A DNA stretch of 64,000 bases from positions 4,134 to 68,133 of the forward strand of contig JBOHUG010000039.1 of assembly GCA_050734135.1 (NCBI GenBank). The letters are read 5' to 3'. This DNA comes from Candidatus Dormibacteria bacterium (GTDB lineage: Bacteria > Chloroflexota > Dormibacteria > Aeolococcales > Bog-877). Below the pieces are notes generated by a model. It made no database searches and was not told the DNA's origin. It saw only the letters and a list, made by a program, of their open reading frames with translations. The position numbers and the translations under genes are program-made. Below are positions 45,686 to 54,846 of this stretch, in pieces. Numbering within the stretch: the first letter of the stretch is position 1; every line of letters begins with the position of its first letter.

Positions 45686-46807
45686 ATGGCTACCCGGGTG
45701 GTTCACGCCGGCAACGGCCCCGAAGGCGAGAGCCAGGCGCTGGTCCCTCCCTTGTCGATGTCGGTGGTGTTCCAGCACGGCAACTCGCGCGGCTACTCCT
45801 ATGGACGGGACCACAACGAGAACTGGGAGCGCCTCGAGGGAGCGCTCACAGAACTCGAGGACGGCTGCGGCGCGGTTGCCTTCGGATCGGGGATGGCCGC
45901 GATCTCCGCCCTGGTCGAGAGCTGCGGCATCGGCCGCAAGGTCGTGGTGGCGCAGGACGCCTACATCGGGACCCGGGAGTTGCTCCGCCACCTGGCCGAG
46001 GTGGGGCAGTGCCGGACCGAGTGGGTGGACGCCACCGACCTGGAATCGGTTCGGCGCGCCTGTCAGGGAGCGGCCCTGCTGATGATCGAGTCATTGGGCA
46101 ATCCGCTGCTCACGGTGACCGACATCCAGAGCTGTGCCGCCGTGGCTCGCGAGGCGGGCGCGATCACGGTGGTAGACAACACTTTCACCACTCCACTTTT
46201 GGTGCGCCCGCTGCGCTTAGGTGCCGATGCGGTTGTGCACTCGGTATCCAAATACCTCGGCGGGCACAGTGACCTGATGCTAGGGATGACCATCACAAAC
46301 AGCAGCGATTTACTGCCAAAACTGCGATATCAGCGAACCAACTCCGGAGCCATCCCCGGTCAGCTTGAGACCTGGTTGGCGCTCCGAGGCCTGCGTACCC
46401 TCGATGTGCGTCTGCGGCGCCAGATTGCCACCGCCGCGGCTCTGGCGGTGCGCTTGCAGAAGACACCGGGAGTTCTGCGAGTGCACTACCCGGGGCTGGT
46501 TGAGCATCCGCAGCATGAGCTGGCGACCCGTCAGATGTCCGGCGGGTTTGGCGGCATGCTCTCAGTTGAGCTGGACTGTGATGCGGAGACCGCGGAGCAG
46601 GTTTGTACGGCCACCAAAGTCTGGACCAATTCGACCAGTCTGGGGTCGGTCGAGTCACTGCTGGAGCGCCGGGCCCGCTGGGCCGGTGATGAGTACCTGC
46701 CAGCGGCCCTAATCCGGCTCTCAGTTGGGGTTGAGGACGAGGAGGATTTGTTCCAGGATCTAATCCAGGCACTGGCAGTCGCCGGACTCGCATGGTCGGC
46801 GAACTAG
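45686..46807 (+). CDS. Cys/Met-metabolism PLP-dependent enzyme (cystathionine gamma-synthase/lyase family)
   Basis: VHSVSKYLGGHSD PLP-lysine block and family-wide collinearity. Start ATG 45686 (MATRVVHAGN); an upstream TTG is possible. Confidence 0.88.
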   Translation: MATRVVHAGNGPEGESQALVPPLSMSVVFQHGNSRGYSYGRDHNENWERLEGALTELEDGCGAVAFGSGMAAISALVESCGIGRKVVVAQDAYIGTRELLRHLAEVGQCRTEWVDATDLESVRRACQGAALLMIESLGNPLLTVTDIQSCAAVAREAGAITVVDNTFTTPLLVRPLRLGADAVVHSVSKYLGGHSDLMLGMTITNSSDLLPKLRYQRTNSGAIPGQLETWLALRGLRTLDVRLRRQIATAAALAVRLQKTPGVLRVHYPGLVEHPQHELATRQMSGGFGGMLSVELDCDAETAEQVCTATKVWTNSTSLGSVESLLERRARWAGDEYLPAALIRLSVGVEDEEDLFQDLIQALAVAGLAWSAN

Positions 46808-46824
46808 CCTGAGGTAGCGCCGAG

Positions 46825-49104
46825 TTGTTCTGGCGTCTGGGCGGCTTCGCGTATCGCTTTCGCAAATTCATCCTCCCCGGGGCTGTTGCCCTGACCGTGG
46901 TCATGGTGGGACTCTCCGGGCCGTTCGGAGGTCAATTCACCTCCGGAGGCTTCGCGGTGCCCGGTTCGCAGAGCCAGAACGCCAGCAACCTGCTCTCCCG
47001 CTACTTTGGCAATGCCACAACCCAGCTTCTGCTGACATTCCACAGCCCTCGAGCGAACGCCAGCTCGCCCGCGGTGCAGGCCAAGGTCAACGCATCCTTC
47101 CGCCGGCTGGCTCGCCGGCCGGTCACCGGGAGCGTGCTCGACTACACCAGCACGCGCGAGAAGATCTTCATCGGCGACCACGGGCACGACACATTTGCCG
47201 TGATCAACCTCAAATTGAGCGAGTCCGCTGCCACCGGCGAGTTAACCCACCTGACGTCTTTTCTTGATCGGCCCTCCGGGCTGAAGATGTTCATCAGCGG
47301 CTCGGCTCCGATTGACGCGCTCTACAACACCGCCTTGGAGAAGCAGCTCCAGCACGCCGAATTGATCGCGCTGCCACTCTCGTTGATCCTGCTCTTCCTG
47401 GTCTTTGGGTCGGTGATGGCGGCGTTGCTTCCGCTGATGATCGCCGGACTTGCCGTTCCCACCTCGCTGGCGGTCATCCGGATCCTGGCGGCCCACTTTG
47501 GGATGTCGATCTTTGTGACCAATGTGGCGACCATCATTGGCCTGGGGCTGGCCATCGACTACTCGTTATTTTTCGTCAAGCGCTTTCGCGAGGAGATCCC
47601 CACCCACGATTCGGCTGAAGCGGTCCGAATTGCCACCGCCAGTGCCGGCAAGGCGGTGGCGGTCTCCGGGACGGCAGTCGCGATCGGACTGTTTTCGCTG
47701 ATGCTCTTCCCGGCTTCCGCCCTGGGCAGCATGGGCGTGGGCGGTGTTCTGGTGGTGGCCCTCACCCTCCTCTTCGCCCTCACCGCGTTGCCGGCGCTGC
47801 TGGGGCAGCTGGGACCGCGGGTCAATGCCCTCACCCTGCGCCCCAGCCTGCGGGGATCACACCTCCGCCCAGCCAGGACCTCCACCTTCTGGGGCTGGGT
47901 GGCGCGGGCAGTGATGCGTCGGCCGGTCCTGATCGCCGTGCCCACGGTGGCACTCCTGCTCCTGGTGGGTACACCTTTTCTCCACCTCCGACTCTCCACC
48001 GGGAGCGACGTAGCCAATATCCCACCCGGCGAGGCGCGGACCGGCTACGCGCTACTCAACGACGACTTTCCCCAGGCGGGAGGGGTAGACGATCTCAACC
48101 TGGTACTGAAATACAACTCCAATCTCGCAGACCGGATGACGTTGGGGGAGCAGTACCAGCTGGCCAGCTTTCTCCGCCGGCTTCGCGCCATCCCCGGAGT
48201 GCAGGGGGTAACCGGTGCCCTGACCCCGCCCCCCGGGCTCGCCCGGGCGACCTATCTGCGGCAGCTCGCCCGTCCGCCTTCCCAACGCAAAGCGATCCTC
48301 AACTCATACATTGCCGGCAACCTGGCAGGACCGGTCGCCCAGTTCGAGGTATCCAACAATTACTCACCTGACTCCAATCAGGCTGCCACCTTGGTCCACC
48401 GCCTGCGGGGACTTTCAGGACCAGCCGGCACGGCGGCGCTGATCACCGGAGGCGCGGCCTTGTCGGTGGACTTCCTGCAGGCGTTCGGCGCGACCATTCC
48501 CTGGGCCGTGCTCTTGGTGGTGGTGGTGACGATGGTGGTGCTCTTCCTCACATTTGGCTCGGTTCTGCTGCCCCTCAAGGCGGTGCTGATGAGTTTGATC
48601 TCGATCTCGGCCGCATTCGGGGCGATGGTCTGGGTCTTTCAGGACGGACATCTCGCCAACGTCCTCAACTTCACGCCGGCCGGCAACATCACTGCCACCA
48701 CTCCGGTTCTGATGTTCGCGATCCTCTTCGGCCTCTCCATGGACTACGAGGTGTTTCTGCTGTCCCGAATCCGGGAGCGCTACTGCCAAGTCGGCGATAA
48801 CCGCGATGCCGTCGCCCACGGCCTAACCGTCACGGGCGGGGTGATCACCTCGGCAGCTCTGATCATGATCACCGTCTTCAGTTCGTTCGCAGCCGGCGAC
48901 GTGCTTGAGATTCAGACCCTGGGGGTGGGCATGGCAGTAGCGGTCGCAGTAGACGCCACCTTGGTTAGGGGGATCATGGTCCCCGCCTTGATGCGACTGC
49001 TGGGCCGGGCCAATTGGTGGGCGCCCTCAGCTTTGCAGGCCTGGATCGCCAAGCTGGGACTGTACGAGCGGGAGCGCATTCCTGAGGCGCCAGTCCCGGC
49101 CTGA
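46825..49104 (+). CDS. MMPL family (RND superfamily) transporter
   Basis: 759 aa with two 6-TM bundles and large loops. Blocks AIDYSLFFVKRFREE and SMDYEVFLLSRIRE. Confidence 0.9.
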   Translation: MFWRLGGFAYRFRKFILPGAVALTVVMVGLSGPFGGQFTSGGFAVPGSQSQNASNLLSRYFGNATTQLLLTFHSPRANASSPAVQAKVNASFRRLARRPVTGSVLDYTSTREKIFIGDHGHDTFAVINLKLSESAATGELTHLTSFLDRPSGLKMFISGSAPIDALYNTALEKQLQHAELIALPLSLILLFLVFGSVMAALLPLMIAGLAVPTSLAVIRILAAHFGMSIFVTNVATIIGLGLAIDYSLFFVKRFREEIPTHDSAEAVRIATASAGKAVAVSGTAVAIGLFSLMLFPASALGSMGVGGVLVVALTLLFALTALPALLGQLGPRVNALTLRPSLRGSHLRPARTSTFWGWVARAVMRRPVLIAVPTVALLLLVGTPFLHLRLSTGSDVANIPPGEARTGYALLNDDFPQAGGVDDLNLVLKYNSNLADRMTLGEQYQLASFLRRLRAIPGVQGVTGALTPPPGLARATYLRQLARPPSQRKAILNSYIAGNLAGPVAQFEVSNNYSPDSNQAATLVHRLRGLSGPAGTAALITGGAALSVDFLQAFGATIPWAVLLVVVVTMVVLFLTFGSVLLPLKAVLMSLISISAAFGAMVWVFQDGHLANVLNFTPAGNITATTPVLMFAILFGLSMDYEVFLLSRIRERYCQVGDNRDAVAHGLTVTGGVITSAALIMITVFSSFAAGDVLEIQTLGVGMAVAVAVDATLVRGIMVPALMRLLGRANWWAPSALQAWIAKLGLYERERIPEAPVPA

Positions 49105-49151
49105 TTCGAAGCGGCACCGACCACCCACCCCCACTGGGAGCTGTGGGCGCG

Positions 49152-49157
49152 GATAAT
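49152..49157 (+). promoter_or_regulatory. -10-like GATAAT, 6 nt upstream of ATG 49164 (leaderless candidate)
   Basis: GATAAT-cccccc-ATG. Confidence 0.45.
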
Positions 49158-49163
49158 CCCCCC

Positions 49164-49496
49164 ATGATCTCGGCATCGCCGGAGACGACAGAACGGCGCT
49201 CCATCCTGCGCCGCCTCGACGACCTGCTGGAAGCGTTGGAGCAGTTAAACCTGCACGAGAGCTCTCATCTCACCGAACGGCTCCGGCAGTCTCTGGGGGC
49301 TCACGGGATCCCCTTCGACGATGGTGCCGAGATCAGGGTGATCATCGAGCGGGTCTGGCGCAAGCAGGAGGGTCACATGGCGACGGCCCGCCAGGATCGG
49401 CGCAAGACTCCCTCCCGCCGGAGCTCGGCGCATCGCCCGCCGGGCCACGACGTGATCGAAAGCATCATCAGGCAGTCGCATCAGGGCCCTGACTGA
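49164..49496 (+). CDS. hypothetical small helical protein with a basic tail
   Basis: MISASPETTERRSILRRLDDLLEALEQL... The track ORF starts at GTG 49143; ATG 49164 is favoured by the promoter geometry. Confidence 0.45.
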   Translation: MISASPETTERRSILRRLDDLLEALEQLNLHESSHLTERLRQSLGAHGIPFDDGAEIRVIIERVWRKQEGHMATARQDRRKTPSRRSSAHRPPGHDVIESIIRQSHQGPD

Positions 49497-49558
49497 GCCA
49501 CGGCGGCGGCCCGGGCGACGCGGAGCGGCTGACTGCTGACGTCCCCAGTCTGGCAACC

Positions 49559-49843
49559 GTGGAGGCGCGTCTGGAAGAACTATTGCTGGAGCGGTCGCGC
49601 CGGTATTGGCACTGTGTCTCGTGGGGTCTGGCTGCGTTGGGGCTGCTCGTGCCGACATTGCTGGGGGCGGTCGCTGTCGCCGGAAGCCAAGAGCCGGAGG
49701 CCGCCATCATCGTCGTGGTTGGCTGCGCGGCCGCCTTGCTGGCGTTGTGTCGCGCCTGGCTCTTGCTGTTCCGGCTTCTACCGCTCAACCGAGAGCGGGC
49801 ACGGCTGCGCTTGGACCAGCAAAGGCTTAGCCCACCTGGCTGA
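49559..49843 (+). CDS. hypothetical small 2-TM membrane protein
   Basis: Two hydrophobic helices (WGLAALGLLVPTLLGAVAVA; AIIVVVGCAAALLALCRAWLLLF). CAGTCT lies 7 nt upstream of the GTG. Confidence 0.4.
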   Translation: MEARLEELLLERSRRYWHCVSWGLAALGLLVPTLLGAVAVAGSQEPEAAIIVVVGCAAALLALCRAWLLLFRLLPLNRERARLRLDQQRLSPPG

Positions 49844-49951
49844 GGGCTGGCGAGGTTGGCGACTCCCCCGCCGCAGCCAGAGCGGTTTCGCTGATCAGTG
49901 GCGATGTCCCGAGCAGTCCGGCTCCCAACCCGGGGGAGCGTGGCGTTCACT

Positions 49952-49957
49952 TAAAAT
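49952..49957 (+). promoter_or_regulatory. -10 box TAAAAT, 6 nt upstream of the eda ATG (leaderless candidate)
   Basis: TAAAAT-cgagcc-ATG. Confidence 0.5.
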
Positions 49958-49963
49958 CGAGCC

Positions 49964-50635
49964 ATGATTAATTCTGCAGTCGCTCCACTCTTTCCGCACC
50001 GATTGGCGGCGATCATCCGCTGGCACGACCACGACCAGGCCGCGGAAGCGGCCCTGGTGGCTGCTCGGGCCGGGGTCGGATCGGTAGAGGTCACCGCCGG
50101 AACTCCGGGAGCATTCGAACTGATCGCGAAGCTGCGATCGCGCTCAGACCTCGGCCAAAGTTGCGCGTTCGGTGCCGGCACCGTCGTCGATGTCGAGACT
50201 GCCTCCCGGGCGGTCGACGCGGGGGCACAGTATCTAGTGACGCCCTACCTGGTTCCTGCCGTCGCGGAGATCGCGAGCAATGCCGGGTTGCCGCTGGTGA
50301 TGGGGGCTTTGACTCCGACCGAAATCGTTCGAGCTGAGGAACTCGGCGCGCAGCTCGTCAAGGTGTTCCCGGCATCCCCGGTTGGCGGACCCGCCTACAT
50401 CCGGGCCCTGCGCGGCCCGATGCCTCACACCCCGATCTGGGTCAGCGGCGGGGTGCGGATCGATGACTCCGCAGAGTACCTGCGAGCGGGTGCTGACGTG
50501 GTGGGACTCACCAACGACCTGTTCCGCCCCGAGCTCTTGCTGGCGGAGGACTGGGCCGGTCTGAGCAGCCTCTGCGAGCGAGCGCTGGCCGCTGTCGGCG
50601 CGGCGACCCCTTCGCGACCGACCGCCGCCGTGTGA
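49964..50635 (+). CDS. eda: KDPG / 4-hydroxy-2-oxoglutarate aldolase
   Basis: VEVT, GAGTVV, YLVTP, GALTPTE, VKVFPA (Schiff-base Lys), SGGV blocks. Confidence 0.8.
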   Translation: MINSAVAPLFPHRLAAIIRWHDHDQAAEAALVAARAGVGSVEVTAGTPGAFELIAKLRSRSDLGQSCAFGAGTVVDVETASRAVDAGAQYLVTPYLVPAVAEIASNAGLPLVMGALTPTEIVRAEELGAQLVKVFPASPVGGPAYIRALRGPMPHTPIWVSGGVRIDDSAEYLRAGADVVGLTNDLFRPELLLAEDWAGLSSLCERALAAVGAATPSRPTAAV

Positions 50636-51846
50636 CAAGCCCGCTCCGGGTGGTGATCGTCGGCCTGGGAGCCATGGGCTCGGCAGCTGCATTCCATCTG
50701 GCCCGGCGCGGGAATCAAGTTATCGGCTTGGAAGCGTTCGGTCCCGGCCACGACCGCGGATCCTCCCACGGCGAATCGAGGATCATTCGGCAGGCATACT
50801 TCGAGGGTCCCGGGTATGTCCCGCTGGTGCTTCGCGCCTACCAGCTCTGGCGGGAGCTGGAGGTCCTCTCAAACCAGCACCTGCTCGAGGTCACGGCTGG
50901 GGTCATGATCGGATCCCCCTCGAGCGATCTCGTGGCGGGTTCGCTGGGGAGCGCCGAGAAGTGGGAGATTCCCCATCTCCTCCTGACGGCCGCCGAGGTG
51001 CACCGGAAGTTCCCAGCCCTTCATCCCCTCCCCCAACAGGTGGGGTTGGTGGAACCGGAAGCGGGAGTCGTGGCACCGGAATTGGCGGTGCTGGCGCATC
51101 TTCGCCAAGCCGCCGACCGAGGCGCGGAGCTCCACTTTGGCGAGCGGGTACTTGAGTGGGAAGCCTCGGGGTCGGGAGTGACCGTTCGCACCAGTTCCCG
51201 CGGCTACCAGGGGGATCGGCTGCTGCTGACGGCCGGTGCCTGGAGCGCAGACCTTTGGGAACTCCCGGCGCTGGAACTGCAGGTCGAGCGCCAGGTCATG
51301 GGCTGGTTCGAACCCGCGGATATCGGCCCTTTCACCGCGCCGCTCCTGCCGATCTACATGCTCGAGAGCGATCAGGGAGCCCAGTACTACGGACTTCCCA
51401 GCCGGGACGGCCGGACCGCCAAGGCAGCCCGCCACTACGGCGGCGAGAACGCCACCGCCGAAGCCGTCCGGCGGGAGATCACCGACTCTGATATCGAAGC
51501 CGTCCGGCATGGGCTGGGCGATACCGTGCCGCTGCTCGCCCAGGCTCCCCTGGCTCGGGCCGCCACCTGCATGTACACGAACAGTCCCGACAAGCACTTT
51601 GTCATCGGGAGCCATCCCAACTCGCCGCTGGTCTCTCTGGCGGGCGGGTTCTCGGGCCACGGCTTCAAGTTCTCGCCGGTGATTGGTGAGGTGCTGGCTG
51701 ACCTGGCCGAGTCTGGCGAAAGCGCTCTTCCTGTTGGGGAGTTCGATCCCAACCGGTTCCTGGCTCACCAGAGAGGGGGAAAGGGAACCTCCGGATCCGG
51801 ACGGATCCCGACGCCGAGCGCCGACATCACCTCGCCGATCAGGTAG
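50632..51846 (+). CDS. FAD-dependent monomeric sarcosine / N-methyltryptophan oxidase family protein
   Basis: VVIVGLGAMGSAAAFHLARRG dinucleotide fold, SHGESRIIRQAY, and the flavinylation-type Cys in ATCMYTNSPDKHFVIG. Confidence 0.85.
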   Translation: MTSPLRVVIVGLGAMGSAAAFHLARRGNQVIGLEAFGPGHDRGSSHGESRIIRQAYFEGPGYVPLVLRAYQLWRELEVLSNQHLLEVTAGVMIGSPSSDLVAGSLGSAEKWEIPHLLLTAAEVHRKFPALHPLPQQVGLVEPEAGVVAPELAVLAHLRQAADRGAELHFGERVLEWEASGSGVTVRTSSRGYQGDRLLLTAGAWSADLWELPALELQVERQVMGWFEPADIGPFTAPLLPIYMLESDQGAQYYGLPSRDGRTAKAARHYGGENATAEAVRREITDSDIEAVRHGLGDTVPLLAQAPLARAATCMYTNSPDKHFVIGSHPNSPLVSLAGGFSGHGFKFSPVIGEVLADLAESGESALPVGEFDPNRFLAHQRGGKGTSGSGRIPTPSADITSPIR

Positions 51847-53108
51847 ATCGAGCCGAGCGCGACCACCAGGCCTTCCCGGCCAGCTAGCGAACGGGCCCGA
51901 CCCAGAGCTTGAGCAACCGGCTCTGATACCTCCGACGGGTCGGTCCAGACTGCAACCAGTTCGGACGTCGAGGCGGCTCGGGCGGAGTTGACCCTGGTGA
52001 ACACCGCTGATCGGAAACCCACTCCAGCTAGCAGTCCGAGCATCCCCCGATAGTCGTGGTCTTCCATGGCGCCGAAGAGCAGAACGCCGGGTCGTCCAGC
52101 CAGTCGTCGGCGAATCTCCGGCAGCGCGGCGTCGATCGCGGCCGGATTGTGGGCCGCGTCGATCAGTACTGGAGGATCCGAGCTCAGGGTCTCCAGCCGA
52201 CCGGGCCAGTTGCCCTCGGCGAGCCCGGTGCGTACGGCCCCTTCCAGCACGGGGAACCCCAACTCGGTCAAGCAGTCCGCAATGGCGACCGCCAGCGCCG
52301 CGTTCTCGATTTGGAAGGCGCCGGCCAGGTTGAGTTGGAGCCCCCGGTGGACACGGGTCGGAGTGCTGACCGTGAACTGAGACCTCTCATCTGCCGGGGC
52401 ACCTAGCGTGATCTCCCGGCCGAGCTGCCAGATTCGAGCGTCGGCAGCGGAAGCCGCCGACTCCACCGCCGGCCGCGCCGCGCCGCGCGCTCCCGAGACG
52501 ACGAGGTTGCCAGCCTTGATGATCGCCGCCTTCTCAGCCGCGATCTCCGGCACCGTGTCCCCGAGCTGCGCCTGATGATCCAGGCCGACCGAGGTCACAA
52601 CCGCGATCCCGCCGTCCCAGACGTTGGTGGCGTCCAGCCGGCCCCCCAGCCCCACCTCGCAGACCACGAGCTCGACCCGCCAGCGGCGGGCGGCCAGGAA
52701 GCCCATCGCGGTGAGCAGTTCGTGGTGGGTGGGCCGACCGTCCCCGACAGCCATTCGGTCTGCGCTGTCGCTCACCAGGTCGGCGATCTCCACGAATGTG
52801 GTCTCGTCGATAGGCTCCCCGTTCAGGCGGATCCTCTCGCGATAGCTGGTGAGGTGCGGTTTGGTCAGCAGCGCGACCCGGATCCCGGCCTGCTTTGCGA
52901 TCTCGGCGACGAGTGCGCATACCGACCCCTTGCCGTTGGTACCGGCGACCAGCACCCCCGGCAAGCCGAGCTCCGGGTTCCCCAGCAGCCCCAGCAGCTG
53001 ACTGGTCGAGCCAAGCCCGAGCCGCATCCCCGGCGAGCTCGCTCCGACCAGACGGATGAGGGCGGCCCGATAAGCGCTCGACTCGCCGTTCGAGGCCCTG
53101 GAGCTCAC
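51765..53108 (-). CDS. folC: bifunctional folylpolyglutamate synthase / dihydrofolate synthase
   Basis: VAGTNGKGS P-loop and Mur-ligase-type blocks. GTG start. Confidence 0.9.
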   Translation of the reverse strand: MSSRASNGESSAYRAALIRLVGASSPGMRLGLGSTSQLLGLLGNPELGLPGVLVAGTNGKGSVCALVAEIAKQAGIRVALLTKPHLTSYRERIRLNGEPIDETTFVEIADLVSDSADRMAVGDGRPTHHELLTAMGFLAARRWRVELVVCEVGLGGRLDATNVWDGGIAVVTSVGLDHQAQLGDTVPEIAAEKAAIIKAGNLVVSGARGAARPAVESAASAADARIWQLGREITLGAPADERSQFTVSTPTRVHRGLQLNLAGAFQIENAALAVAIADCLTELGFPVLEGAVRTGLAEGNWPGRLETLSSDPPVLIDAAHNPAAIDAALPEIRRRLAGRPGVLLFGAMEDHDYRGMLGLLAGVGFRSAVFTRVNSARAASTSELVAVWTDPSEVSEPVAQALGRARSLAGREGLVVALGSIYLIGEVMSALGVGIRPDPEVPFPPLW

Positions 53109-53244
53109 GAGCCCTCACCATTGGCCCAGGCTGTCGCCGGAGCTGGAGCTGCAGACCCCCCGCGGCAGCCCGGCCGCGGTCCGCCAACCCCCCTCGTCAC
53201 GTCCGCGAAGTTGCCGGAAACCGCACTCATGGCATTCTGCACGG

Positions 53245-54264
53245 GTGAAAGTCCCACGGTGGGGTGCCTTGCTCCTGGCTGCACTCGCGCTGGTCGTGCT
53301 GGCCGGCTGTGCTGGCGTCCCTCCCCATCCGGTCGTCTCGCTTTCGGCCAGCCCAACTTCCACCCTACCGGGGCTGCTGGGGCTAGGCGGAGAGACCAGC
53401 AGTCCGCTGCTGGTTGCCGGTCCGTACACGGTGGGCGGGAACCTGAGCTCGGGTTCACGGCGCTTGCGCGCCGCTCCCGTGCCGAACACCGCCGCCGCCG
53501 CGGTCACCGCTCTGGCGCAGGATCTCGGAGTACCTGGTCCTCCTATCAGGACCGCTAGCGGACTCGGCTACAACCTGGGCTCGACCAGCGGCTATCAGCT
53601 GACCACGGACCCCACCCTCTCCACCTTCAACTTTCATCCCAACACCCCGACCGATGAGGTCGGGGCCACCCCCACTCTCGCTGGCGCCGACCAGTTTGCG
53701 GAGAACTTTCTCAGCGCTGCCCACGTACCGGCTGGCGGCGGGCTGATCCCCCTTCCCCAGCTCACCTTCACCGCGGCCTCCGACCGAACCGTCTACTTTC
53801 AGTGGTCGTTGGAAGGGCTCCCGGTGGTCAACATTCTTGGCCAGCCACAAGAGATCTACGTGAATGTCGCCACCGACCAGCATCAGGTGACGCAATTGGT
53901 TGGGATCACCGGCGCAGTCCCCTATGGAGTGATCGGCAGCCCGGTCAGTTACCCGACGATGCCGCCGTTTCGGGTGGTGCAGTACCTCAACTCCGGGGTC
54001 ATCAATCCCAGTGCCTATCTCCTGTCTCCCAGCGGGAAACCGTTCCCCACGCCCGCGCCGGCTCCCGCGAGCCAGGTCCGCCTCAGCACCGTTTCGCGGG
54101 CAATCGTCGACAGCTTCGGGACCGCCGTCCCGGTCTACGTGTTCGGGGTGGACGGCGACATCAACGCGACCCAGTTCGTGACCTGCGCCGTACCCCCAGC
54201 CGGCTGTGTACCCGTGCGATTCAGCACCGCGAATCCGTCGCCGAGCCCTTCGGCAAGCGGCTGA
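53245..54264 (+). CDS. putative lipoprotein, function unknown
   Basis: MKVPRWGALLLAALALVVLAGC lipobox. CATTCT lies 6 nt upstream of the GTG start. Confidence 0.6.
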   Translation: MKVPRWGALLLAALALVVLAGCAGVPPHPVVSLSASPTSTLPGLLGLGGETSSPLLVAGPYTVGGNLSSGSRRLRAAPVPNTAAAAVTALAQDLGVPGPPIRTASGLGYNLGSTSGYQLTTDPTLSTFNFHPNTPTDEVGATPTLAGADQFAENFLSAAHVPAGGGLIPLPQLTFTAASDRTVYFQWSLEGLPVVNILGQPQEIYVNVATDQHQVTQLVGITGAVPYGVIGSPVSYPTMPPFRVVQYLNSGVINPSAYLLSPSGKPFPTPAPAPASQVRLSTVSRAIVDSFGTAVPVYVFGVDGDINATQFVTCAVPPAGCVPVRFSTANPSPSPSASG

Positions 54265-54285
54265 GGACACGATCCGTGAGCCGGA

Positions 54286-54837
54286 GTGGCTGACCCGTAT
54301 CTCGACGGAAGCTGCGTCTGGTGGCACCTCTCTGAAGGCTCTCCCGAGCTGCAGGGCGCCCTGGCCGACGGCTGGCTCCCCGCCTCCGGCCGTGCCCTGG
54401 ATGTTGGCTGCGGCCTCGGCAGCGAGGCTGGTTGGCTCGCCGGTCGAGGCTATTCCGTCGTCGGTATCGACCTTTCCGAGACAGCTTGCGTGCAGGCGCA
54501 ACATCGGTTTCCCGGGGCTCTTTTTTTCCCCGCCGACATGCGCCGGTTGCCGTTTCTCGACCAGACATTTGAAGTCGCGCTCGACCGGGGATGCTTCCAT
54601 TATCTTGCCGCCACTGATCGTTTCCGGTACGAGCGTGAACTGAGTCGGGTGCTAAAGCCGGGCGGCCGGCTCCTCCTGCGGGCGAGCCTGCGCTCCGCTG
54701 GTCTACGCAACGACATCTCCGAAGGGGTCATTCGCTCCACCTTCTCTGGGTGGACGATTCGAAGCCTAGATGAGCGTCAGGTGCCGAGCGACACGAGAAT
54801 GCTCGATGTCCTGGTCGTCCGTCTCGAGAGACGCTGA
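54286..54837 (+). CDS. class I SAM-dependent methyltransferase
   Basis: ALDVGCGLGSEAGWLA motif I, VVGIDLS, LKPGGRLLL. Confidence 0.8.
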   Translation: MADPYLDGSCVWWHLSEGSPELQGALADGWLPASGRALDVGCGLGSEAGWLAGRGYSVVGIDLSETACVQAQHRFPGALFFPADMRRLPFLDQTFEVALDRGCFHYLAATDRFRYERELSRVLKPGGRLLLRASLRSAGLRNDISEGVIRSTFSGWTIRSLDERQVPSDTRMLDVLVVRLERR

Positions 54838-54846
54838 GCGGAAGAA

